Of a stretch of 64,000 nucleotides of DNA, positions 52,323 to 64,000 are shown in pieces. Within the stretch, counting starts at the first letter, position 1. Every line of letters starts with the position of its first letter. The DNA is from Octopus sinensis (Eukaryota), in contig NW_021831871.1 in assembly GCF_006345805.1 (NCBI RefSeq), positions 1 through 64,000 of the forward strand, in the 5' to 3' direction. Both the position numbers and the translations under genes were made by a program. The notes below the pieces were generated by a model. It was not told where the DNA came from. It worked only from the letters and a program-made list of their open reading frames with translations, and ran no database searches.

Positions 52323-52609
52323 GCACACACACTCACGCACGCGTGCACATCCACACACGCGCACACATATAAGCGTGTGCGTTAATATGTGTGGATGCTT
52401 ATTGTATGCCAATGGGGTTTTAATTTCCGTACTGATATATTCCCACTTGTGCATCTGTTTCTATTTTATGAATGTCGGAGTGTGACTGCACAGACTCAGA
52501 GATTTCCGATGAAACTTGGGCTTTCATTTGTGACTTGTAAAAATTTAAGATCTGAACTTTTGTCAACTTGTAACCACATCCTGAAATATATATTGTGCCG
52601 TTTAGTATA

Positions 52610-52963
52610 TCTTTTATCTTTTACTTGTTTTAATCATTAGACTGCAGTCATGCTGGATTACTGGTTTGAAGAATTTAATGAATACGTACTGGAGCCTAAT
52701 GAATCGATCCCAGTACTTTTTTTATCTTTTAAGTCTATTGCTTATTCTATAGGTCTCTATTACCGAACCACTAAGTTGCGTGTTCATAAACACGGCAACA
52801 CCGTTTGTCTGACTGCGGTGAGGGACAAACGCTGACACAAAGATACATACACACGCACGAAAGTACACACACATGTACAAACACACTCACACTCACACAC
52901 ACACACACACACACTCACACACACACACACACACACTCACACACACCACACACAACACACACA

Positions 52964-52999
<36 letters not shown>

Positions 53000-53236
53000 T
53001 ATATATATATATATATATATGCAGAAACTGAAAGAAACTCATCGTATATGTATATATATACACATATACGATGAGTTTCTTTCAGTTTCTGTGTACCGAA
53101 TCCACTTCCACTCACGAAGCTTTGGTCGGACCGAGGCTATAACATAACAATAGACACTTACCCTAGGTGCTGCGCAGTGGGACTGAACCTGGAACTACGT
53201 GGTTAGGAAGTAAGCTTCTTACCACACAGCCACATC
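52610..53236 (-). mobile_element. SINE-A, diverged, expanded internal microsatellite
   Basis: Tail cttttacttgttt..atcatt.gactgc at ~52620; head ccacacagccac at ~53225. Confidence 0.78.
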
Positions 53237-54377
53237 TATTGAAAGATGAAATTTTTAAAAATCCTTACTCCCTGTCTTATGTTTACGATCATCGAACGAA
53301 TGGGATCAGAAGAACAAGATGATGGTCACATAAGTATTTGTCGAAAACTGTGGATCTCACAGCCATGGGACATGTTTTTGTTTTCTCCCTTACAGATAAA
53401 CAACTCCTATTTTATTTTTAGTTGTTATTTTACTTATGGGGAGACCCATTATTATCTTCTTTGCATACTTTTAACATAAAATAAGTACCAGTCCACTCCT
53501 GGAGCCGATGTAATCGACTTAGCACCTGCTCTGAAATTGTTTGCCCCGTGCCAAAATTTGAAACTAGTCTGTATACACCTCACCGAGTTTCCAAGACAAG
53601 TAGGTGGAAAAGAGGTAGATATCCTGAAATCAGACACCTAACCCGAATACTTCCAACAGGAGTGACTCTGCTAAAAGCACCCAAGGTACGTGGTGGTGCA
53701 TCGGATTAAGTCGATCACCGTTGTAAGGCGTTGATAGAGTTAGAAGTCCGGAGGCAAAGACCCGAAACAAATACCACAAGGTATTTAGCCCGAGACGCAT
53801 GGCGAAGCGAAGGCTTTACGGTGTTGGTCTCATGATCGTAATATTGGGGTTTCGATTCTTGGACTGGGTGATGCATTTTCCTGTTCAGCAAAGCACTTCA
53901 TTTCACGTTGTTCCTCTCCACACATCTGTTATAAATGGCGTCCCGTCTAGGAGGAATATTTATTCTAGAGAAACCTGAAAACTGGCCCTATGCTGCTTTC
54001 AGTGTAATATGGACAAACTATTTGGTCCGACTTTTATATAGTTTCGGCTAAAGAAGCTCTGAATTGGAACATTTTTATTGGACTCGGAAGGACGAAAAGC
54101 AAAGCTGACTCCGGCGAGATTTAAAGTGAAATCTCTGTGTATCATGATAAACACTGCGAGTCATTCTATCCGACGCAGTGACGATTCTGAAACATCGTCG
54201 ATGGCTTTTGCGATAGTATTGATTGTCGATGCGGTGATGGCTGTCGGTCTGTTTATGTCAGTAGTGGTGAAATCGGTCTGATTATCGTAGTAGTAGTTGT
54301 TGTTTTGCTGGTAGTATTGATGGAGGTGATCATGTCGTTCATAAGGCGGAAGTGGTGATGACTATGCTGGTGCTAAG

Positions 54378-55460
54378 CAGGACCGCATTAAGACCCATAG
54401 AAATCATAAGCGCTAACAAGATTTTGGTGCTTCAATATATAAGTAATCTCAAAATATTAACAATAATAAACCATGAAATAAATTTTTAGTTTTCAAAAAC
54501 AGCAGATAGGATAAAGATCCTTCTAGGGCCATATAAACTCACAGCGGCGGTTTCCGGTTTCCGTGGCGTATATGTTCTCCACTCGGAAGGGACGTCGGTC
54601 CATCACAGGATTATTAACTTTTGTCAGCTGGGTGGACTGGGGCAACGTGAAATGAAGTGTTTTGATTCAGAGCACAACGGTCCAGGAATCGAAACCAGAC
54701 TCTTACAATCATGAGTTCGACACACTAACCACTAAGCCAGGCACCGCCACAATGAACAGCTAGAAGGAAGCTGTGTGGTAAGTAGCTTGCTTACCAACCA
54801 AATGGTTCCGGGTTCAATCCCACTGCGTGGCACCTTGGGCAAGTGTCTTCAACTATAGCCTCGGGGCGACCAAAGCCTTGTGAGTAGATTTGGTTGACGG
54901 AAACTGAAAGAAGCCCGTCGTATATATACATATATATATATATATTATATATATATTATATATATATATATGTACATATATATGTGTGTGTGTGTGTTTG
55001 TGTGTCTGTTTGTCCCCCCCCACCATCGCTTGACAACCGATGTTGGTGTGTTCACGTCCCCGTGACTTAGCGGTTCGGCAAAGGAGACCGATAGAATAAG
55101 TACTGAGCTTACAAAGAATAAGTACTGGGGTCGATTTACTCGACTAAAGGCGGTGCTCCCACATGGCCGCAGTCAAATGACTGAAACAAATAAAAGAATA
55201 AAAGAACAGAATACTTGCACTTTATTTATATTTGAAAAAGTTTTTTCCTCCATCTTTTTGGTGGCAAAGTCTTTGATCAGATCCTCCCAATTACACCACG
55301 AACACTTCGTAATTACATTTCCGATCATATAAAGCACATCGAATGTTTTTTTAGCAAGTGATATTCTTTTGTGCCGTAAACCAATTACCATTTCTGTGGT
55401 GCCCCTTTCCTTGGTACCGTAAATGCCAGCTTATTTTGCTTAACGGTTAATCCAACGCTA
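54378..55460 (-). mobile_element. Internally deleted hAT (Tip100-like) DNA transposon carrying two SINE insertions
   Basis: Ends caggaccgcattaag and ttaatccaacgcta resemble CAGGGCCGGATTAA-type TIRs; minus strand WEDLIKDFATKK resembles the hAT transposase C-terminus; SINEs at 54525-54750 (-) and 54770-55205 (+). Confidence 0.55.
54770..55205 (+). mobile_element. SINE-A, full length
   Basis: gctgtgtggtaagtagcttgcttaccaacc...tgactgaaacaaataaaaga. Confidence 0.9.
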
Positions 55461-55649
55461 ATAATTAGTAATAATATTAATTATTAATAATACTAATACT
55501 GTCATAGAAGGTAGTACAAAGACATTAGCGAAGGATAGTGACTTGGTTGTTGTGGGGTTTTAGCCCTAGGTCCACTCGGCTCAGCACACCAATGATCAAA
55601 GATCAATGATATTCCTGTGGTAACCATCTTATTTAGCATTACATATCAT

Positions 55650-55947
55650 TGGTGGTGGTAGTGGTGGTGATGAATGTGATGATGATGATGACGACGATGA
55701 TGATGAATACGCTGATGATGAGGTTGATGACAACGATGATGATGATGATGATGTTGAGGAGGAGTAGGAGTAGGAGGATTATGTGTTAGAGTAATTGTGA
55801 GTATGATGGTCATATCATCTGTATTCGAAGCGATCGTGGCCGAATTATAGAGGTGGACAGAGTAGATACCATATAAGCGGTGATGGTGGAGTTGGCGACG
55901 ACATTCTATTTGGTGGTATAGAAACCAGAGTGATGGCAGCGTTAATA

Positions 55948-55987
<40 letters not shown>

Positions 55988-56249
55988 GCGATGAAGATGA
56001 TGATGATAATGGTGATGATGATAGTGACGATGAAGATAATTATAATGACGAAATTAACGATGACGATGACGACGACGACGATGATGATGATGACGATGTA
56101 AATGATGATGAGGATAGTGATGATGAGGACGATGATGATAACATCAGCAACAACAGCGGTGATGGTGGTGGTGGTGGCAGTGCTTCTACGGAACCGATGC
56201 TAATGACGGTTTCAATGGTTATATCAATAGAGATTATGTTGGCGACGAT

Positions 56250-56282
<33 letters not shown>

Positions 56283-56720
56283 CGATTGACGATAGCGATG
56301 ATGAAGATCATCATCATCATCGTCATGATGTGATGATGGTGGCGTTGCTTTGTAGCCTATGCTAGTGGGGTACTGACGGTGATTAAGATAGGGATGATGA
56401 TGATGACCATGGTGGTGATGATGGTAATGATGATGATGAGGAGGAGGATGACGATGATGATGAAAACGACGACAGCGCCAACGACGACAACAACGTCAAC
56501 GACGACGATGGTGGTGGTCGTCGTCGTGGCGGTGGTGGTGGTAATGGTGGTGGTGGTGCTGCTGCTGGTGATGATGACTGTGGTGGTGTTGATAGTAGTC
56601 ATCGTCATCATCGCCATCACCATCATCATCATTGTGATCTTCATGATAATCGTGATTATAAAGTTGCTGCTGCTGCTGTCGTTGTTGATGAAGATGATGA
56701 CAGCGACCTCAACGATGGTG
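55650..56720. repeat. Degenerate (GAT/GAC/GGT)n low-complexity tract
   Basis: Trinucleotide runs give spurious poly-D/M/V ORFs. Confidence 0.9.
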
Positions 56721-57079
56721 CTCAAAAGGGGTGTCAAAGATCACAAAAGCAGCAAATCTCTTTGATAAGCAGCTTCTTCAGTATTTCAATGGACAAATAT
56801 TTAGCGAGGGAATTTCAAACCCTTGCTGCACCTCCAGCCTCCAACCTCTGCCTCCAACCTCCAGACATTTCCACTTACCCTTACCTTCCTCTACCGCTCT
56901 TCCTCTCCCCACACCCCTTGAGCGTCTTTTATATACGACCACCTCCCACTCCCAATTTCCAAGATCTCCTCTCTCACATCTTTACTCATAATCGAAAATC
57001 TCACAGCTTCTCGATTCTCTCTTCACCTTTTCTTCATTTAATCCTTTCATTTCTCTCTTGTTCAATATTTCTCTATGTC

Positions 57080-57474
57080 TTCCTATGCATGTATGTATTT
57101 ATGTATGTATGTATGCATGTAAATGTATGTATGTATGCATGTATATGTATGTATGTATTCATGTATGCATGTAGTATGTATGCATTTATATGTATATATG
57201 TATGAATGTATGCATGTATGTATTATGTATTAACGTATGTATGTATATATATATATGTATGTATGCATGCATGTATGCATGTATGTGCGTATGCATGCAT
57301 GTATTTGTATGTAAGCATGTTTGTGTGTATATATGTATGCATGTATGCATGCATGAATGTATGTGCGTATTTACGTATGCATATATGTCTATGTATATGT
57401 AAATGTATGCATATATATGTATGCATACATGTATGTAAGTATCTCTCTGCTTATCTCTCTGTCTATATATCTAT

Positions 57475-57518
<44 letters not shown>

Positions 57519-57535
57519 ATATATATATATATATT

Positions 57536-57570
<35 letters not shown>

Positions 57571-57747
57571 TATATATATATATATATATATTATACATAT
57601 ATATAATTTTACAAACGCCTAACACGTACAAACACATATACAGATGAATATAGTTCGCTTATTTAATATATCACACACAAACCCATATATATTATATATA
57701 TATAATTATATATATATATAACTACATATATATATATAACACACACA

Positions 57748-57793
<46 letters not shown>

Positions 57794-58086
57794 TAAGATA
57801 TTGCATATGTATATATATATGTGCATACATATATATGTATATATATGTATGTGTATAATTGTATATACTCGTATACATTCAACTAGGTTTGTATGTACAA
57901 TAAAAGCACATACAGGCATCCGCACACAGACCCGCCTATACATACTTGATATCTTCCGTGCTTCTTGCATCATGCGGCCCTTATGTTTGAGTAATGTACG
58001 CGGACAGTGCTTTATACCTGTACGAATGTGTGTATGAGCTTATACATACATGTACATGTGCATGGATATATGCACATAGCTACATC

Positions 58087-58117
<31 letters not shown>

Positions 58118-58462
58118 ATATATATACATATATATATACTATATATATATATACATATACATACGTACTTATATATATATACATATACATATATACATAT
58201 ATATATATGCATATACATATATACATATATATATATGCATATATATATATATATATATATATGCATATACATATATATATGTATGCAAATTGATGTATAT
58301 ATATGTGTGTGTGTTTGTGTTCGTATTTATGTCTACATACACATCCGTACATGTGTGTCTGTATATATAATATATACACGAAGACACACACATATACTAG
58401 CATGCATACATATACATATTTGTCCAAGCCCGTGTGTGTTTATATGTATGTATATACCTCAC

Positions 58463-58523
<61 letters not shown>

Positions 58524-58720
58524 TATACATATACACATATGCAAATGCTCATGTATGTAAATACATGTATATGTATATATACATATATACACATATATGC
58601 ATATATATATATATATATATAGATATACATACACACACATACACATACACACACTCACACAAATATACACACACATATATATATATATAAATATATACAT
58701 ATTTATATTTACATATATGT
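57080..58720. repeat. Compound (TATG)n/(CTAT)n/(TA)n/(CA)n microsatellite field
   Basis: Direct inspection; similar fields at ~15.4-17.1, 34.4-36.3, 38.7-40.1 and 62.2-63.7 kb. Confidence 0.95.
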
Positions 58721-58953
58721 AGTATTACGAAGTTTTGATTTGAAGAGCAATCGCTTCAAACACACTGGAACATATTGCCCCAGGCAGTGGCCATCTTCTT
58801 GGTTTGATGTCAAAGGCTTGCTGATCCTCATCTGTATTTTGTCGTTCCTTCATTTAACTCGTTCTTTCTTTTATTCCATCACTTCTCGTTATTATTGCTT
58901 GTTTTTATCCATTTTGTCTTCTTCTTCTTCTTCTTCTTCTTCTTCTTCTTCTT

Positions 58954-59000
<47 letters not shown>

Positions 59001-59112
59001 TTCTTCTTCTTCTTCTTTTCTTCTCCCTCCTCCTTTTCATTTTCCTCCTCTTCCGTGTCCCTATCTATTTTCTCCTTTGCTTACTCGCTGTTGTTATAAT
59101 ATTATTATTATT

Positions 59113-59190
<78 letters not shown>

Positions 59191-59739
59191 GAATGATAGA
59201 ATAATAATGATAATAATAATAATAAAATAATAATAATATAACAATAATAATATAATAATAATAATAATTATTATTATTTATTATTATTATTATTATTTAT
59301 TATTATTTATTATTATTATTATTATTCTCATTTTATTATTATCATTATTATTATTATTTATTATTATTTATTATTATTATTATTATTGGCACAAATGTGG
59401 CTGGCATGCAAGCATTCGTCCCACTCTTTTGCATATGACTCTCCGTTCAGATTGAACAAGGTGGCGTGGTTGTGTCATAAATGTCTGGATATTGAAGCAC
59501 GGATAATGTTTCTTGACCGACGGATACCTAGTAGTTTTAAAACCAAACAACACCAAAAGTGACGCCTTCAGATTTTCAGGCTAGGGGTCTTTTATTCACT
59601 GGGCTTGTCTGGCAGCAACACTCAAGCACTTTGAAGCATTTTTAGGAATGATTCCTTTTTTTAGTGCTAGTAGGTGACGGGAATTCCGTATTAGACGCAC
59701 GCTGAAATGGTATCGGTGTATCTGATACACTGCGAAAGC

Positions 59740-60065
59740 ACATAGCTTAGTGGTTAGAACATCAGACGCACAAACATGCAGTAATGAGTTCGACTCCCGG
59801 ACTGGGCTGTGTGTTGTATTCTTGAGCACGACGCTTATTTTATGTTTCTCCAGACCATTCATCTGTAGAAATGAGTTGCAACATCACTGGTGCCAAGCTA
59901 TATCGGTTTTTCCCTTTCCCTTGCATTACATTGGTGGCATTAAAAGGGAAGGCTGCTATGCAAAGGCGACTGCTGGTCTTCCATAAACAACCTTGCCCGG
60001 ATTGATTCTTTGGAGAGAAACTTTGTAGGTGCAATGCCATGGTCATTCATGACTGAAGGGAGTCT
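59740..60065 (+). mobile_element. tRNA-headed SINE
   Basis: gcacatagcttagtggttagaac...gagttcgactcccggactggg head, ttcttgagcacgac core, tail ccatggtcattcatgactgaaggg. Confidence 0.72.
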
Positions 60066-61219
60066 TTTATCTTATACTATGGGTGGGTGAGAAAACCTCG
60101 CAAAATCTCCGTAGATCATTCCCACTAGATTTCCTGAATATGCGCCAGGGGTGAATCACATTTATTAATTTTGTAACGTTCGTTCTATTAGTCTGCACTT
60201 TGATTTCACAGTCCATTGAGGACATCTTTACCTCTTTAACGTGGTTGAGGAGCTTAAAACGTTTCGGATAAGAGTCTGTCTTCGAGAAGAAATAAAAAGA
60301 AAATTTTCTACGTCCCTACTCAATGAATACACACACACGCACGCACACACACACACACACACACGCGCGCATACACACACGCGCGCACAGACACACACAC
60401 ATGCACACACACACACACACACTCACACACACAAACACACACACACAAACAAACAAACACTCGCACACACACCTGCCATGGGGGTCACAAATGTGATATA
60501 AAGAAGAATATTGCTCATATATTTTCATTTGCGGAAACATGTATCCAGTAATATAAAAACTAGCAATTTCGCCAAGGTCGACTTTGCCTTTCATCCTTTC
60601 GGAGTCGAGAAATTAAATTATCAGTTATGTACTGGGGTCGATCTAATCGACTAGCATCCCTTCCCCAGAAATTTTGGGCCTTGTGCCTAGAGTAGAAAAG
60701 AAAAGTATATAAAAACTAGCATCGTGAGTGTCTAACAGTATTAGAAAACGCTACTGCATATTGCCTTCTACCTGAGAGAAGTGTGCTTCTTGCAAAATTC
60801 CAGATACCTAGGTGCAAAACTGTTGCCAACGAATTGAAAGCCCGTTTTGTATTAAGAGACAGGGTTACGAATGGTAGTTTAGATGGCAGGAATAAAATAG
60901 AATGCAATAGAAAATAAAAATAACATCTCTGTGAAGGTTTTTTTTTTATACTTGTACACATTAATATTGTAAATAAGTTAGGAATTAAACTAAAAGTGAC
61001 AGTAAGAAACAGAAATTTAAGCAAAAACATCCTCGTAAATGAGTGACTCAGGGGATATGATATTCTGGGACCGAATATGATGCGTTAATGCTTGTATTTC
61101 TTTGTGTGTGGTGGCCTCTGGTGGGCGGACTTACCGTTTATCGATAGGGCATCGCTGGCTTTGTTAAGTGATGTCGTATATAATATTGTTCAACTTGCAT
61201 CTGTAATTTCGGATGATTT

Positions 61220-61900
61220 TGGATCGGTCATTGCTGTGGTTTTGATGATAACAAGACACGTGTAATACAAACGGTGATTGAACACGAATGCACCTGGTTG
61301 TATATGGTTACGAGAACTTCTAAATGACATTCTTATCTCTCTTGGAAAAGTAAAATAGAGATGTGAAACAAATCGGGGTGAAAAAAGGGTCAGAGAATAG
61401 AAACTAGAAGTTGGAAGAAAGGGGTATTTTAATGGGTTGAGTAGAAATTAAAGAAGGGCGGGCTCCAGTTAGTAGAGATGAATATAGCGGGTAAGTTAGG
61501 GATGATTTGCTTAGTTTCATGGCTAAGGGAATTGTGGGAACCACAACTTACACAGGGTGCCTATGGTTGAAGAAGGGGACTGTTTCTAAAGATCTGAAGT
61601 TGAAATTTGCATAGTCAGCGAATTTGAAGAACTGGAAGAACAGGATGGTGACTTAGGTGTATCTGGGGATAAGAAAAGGATGATAAAAGTGAGATTCAGT
61701 AGACAATTAGTGGACGGAAGTGAACAACTGGAGGTTGTTGTTAGCGATCGACTAGTGTCAGGTACTCCAGTGTGAAACGGAGTAGAGTAAAAAGATTACA
61801 CTATCGATCGAATTAGTCTTTGGTGTGTATCTTAACACCTTGGTGGTTATCATTATAGAATCTATACAGCTATGGTGGAAATCCAGTGAACTGGAGAAAA
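61220..61900 (-). mobile_element. Possible degraded CR1/L2-like LINE APE-endonuclease region
   Basis: Minus strand fragments resembling NNL.QLV..PT and LDL.L...P....VT...P...SDH; many stops. Confidence 0.35.
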
Positions 61901-62363
61901 GTATTTTTTTTAAATGTCATAGAAAATGGTTTGCCTAGTAATTGCCCACCTTAGTACATACAGCAATTCCGCTGACATGCACGGAAAACTTACCAGAAAT
62001 GAAGGAGAAACCGAAGATACGGATGAGTTCTGAAAGGTGGAGAAGAATAACAGTTTTAGTTACAAGTAGGAGTGATGATCGAGGAAGGGTTTACTCCCCC
62101 ACTGTATTCAAATGCATGTCAGCGGAATTGCTGTATGTGATAAAGAATGAGAAATGCATTTCTTTCTTTCCGCGAAGAAAGACCGTCATCCGAAACATCA
62201 GAAACTACTATCCCAATTTAAACATTTATCACCCTCTTTCTCCTCTTCTCACCCTCACGCTCTCCTTCCCTCCCTCCCTCCTTCTCTCTCTCTTTCTCTG
62301 TATATGCTTGTGCGTATGTTTGTGCATAAATGCGTATGCGTGCGTGTGTGTGTGTGTGTGTGT

Positions 62364-62399
<36 letters not shown>

Positions 62400-62578
62400 T
62401 GTGCGTGTTTTTGTGTGTGTGTATGTGTGCACCCGTGTGCAACGATTCCCGAAACTTTGCCTTCCTCTACGTTATTATGAGCTTGCTTATCTTTATATGT
62501 TTTCTCTCAGACTATATATCTTGGGTGCAGGCGTAGATCTTTGTACTCCTAATGACAAGCGTCTATGCGTTTATAGGC

Positions 62579-62614
<36 letters not shown>

Positions 62615-63514
62615 ATGTGTGTGTGCATGTGTGTGTGTGCGTGTGTGTGTGTGTATACGTATATTTATATATGAATGTATGTATGTATCTCTGTGACTAT
62701 GTTTGTGTGTGCAGATTTCACCGCAAATGAGTGTATTTGCCTTCGTAGTCGCGTATGCTTCAGAGATAGAAAAACCCCGGATAGAAAAGACTGGTAGGAG
62801 GAGAAAAAGGTGGAAAGGAGAAAAAGGAAATAAGGGGATAAAAACAGAGGGAAAGACACAGCCAATGTACGAGTATAATTTACTTCATGTGAGGCATGTT
62901 GTTGTGCAATTATGCATGTGTAGCTGTGTCTGTAGCTGCATATACATGTCTGCTGTGAGGATGATTTAAATGAGAAACAATTGATCTCGCTCGTAAACGT
63001 TTTCTACTTGCCTTATCTGAATGCACGCGATTACAAACACACACACACGAACACACACATGTACATACACACAAGAAACATATGGTGAGTTAAGACGTAC
63101 GCACACTTATATACATGCATATACATATATGCATACATACATATATACATACATGCATACATACATATATACATATACATACACAAACACATATATACGA
63201 TAATCATAGATGTATATACGTATATATATATATATATGCATCTATGTATATATATGTATGTATACATACATACACACACATATATATATATATACATACA
63301 TGCATACATATATATATATATATATATATATACACAAACATACATATTTAGCTCTTCTTTACATAGAGATAAATATATCATGTAAGTATATATATATATG
63401 TATGTATATATGTATACATACATATGTATGTATATATATGTGTATGTATGTATACATACATATATATATATACGTAGATGCATATATATATGTATATACA
63501 TCTATTTATATATG

Positions 63515-63548
<34 letters not shown>

Positions 63549-64000
63549 GCTTTGCTGCATATATATATATATGTGTATGTATGTAGTTATATACATGCAT
63601 ATGTGAAAAAGAGAGAGAGAGAAATAGTGTGTGCCTGTCCATGTGTTTGTGGTGTTTGTGTGTGTGCGCGTGTGGGCGTGCGAATGTATCAATATAGGGA
63701 CGAAATTATGTAGTAACTAATTCACCCCCGTCAGCTTAGCACACCATTTTTGCCTCTTTACATGTACGACAGCTTACGCAGGCGGCGCATGCGTACGTTT
63801 ATTTCTATCGATCTGCGGAGCCAGCCGAGCGTGCTGACCGGTAATTTGCGAGAAGTGCAATAATTGACAGCTATAGAAAGAAAAGATACTACTCTGGTCT
63901 GCCTTTTTGAAACTATAACAAGTCTTTTCAAAATGGCCGACGAACTGTATGCTGCTTGTTAGATATTTATGGTGTGTTTTTTTCCTTTATATTTCCATAA

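Noticed and set aside
55930-56765. Poly-Asp / poly-Met ORFs resembling acidic biomineral proteins
   Set aside because: Pure (GAT)n-derived low complexity in all frames, with no splice or domain evidence
59098-59390. Alternating (ATT)n/(AAT)n palindromic microsatellite
   Set aside because: Simple repeat turnover or local inversion; nothing else distinctive

Overview
Repeat-saturated, AT-rich eukaryotic DNA with no recognisable host gene, so probably intergenic or intronic. The SINE types and extreme microsatellite load fit a coleoid cephalopod such as Octopus (inference). Nearly all ORFs in the supplied track are microsatellite artefacts. Real coding remnants are retrotransposons and one DNA transposon: RLE-type non-LTR elements of R4/Dong type stacked in (TAA)n tracts (1-6.7 kb, 24.5-28.4 kb, 46.2 kb), a Penelope-like GIY-YIG element (30-32.5 kb), RTE and CR1/L2-like fragments, and a hAT remnant. 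There are also many tRNA-derived SINEs and several MITE-like inverted repeats. The main discovery is a set of non-coding elements inserted in (TA)n tracts, mostly with a foldback (inverted) architecture, that carry type I hammerhead ribozyme motifs I could fold by eye. They are a ~555-bp tandem array with one hammerhead per monomer (43.8-45.5 kb, retrozyme-like), two diverged relatives (9.4 kb, 41.1-41.7 kb), a twin inverted hammerhead element (20.3-21.0 kb), and minimal or variant hammerheads (12.1, 15.9, 33.7 kb). Ribozyme activity is predicted from sequence only. Boundaries are approximate where elements fade into microsatellites.
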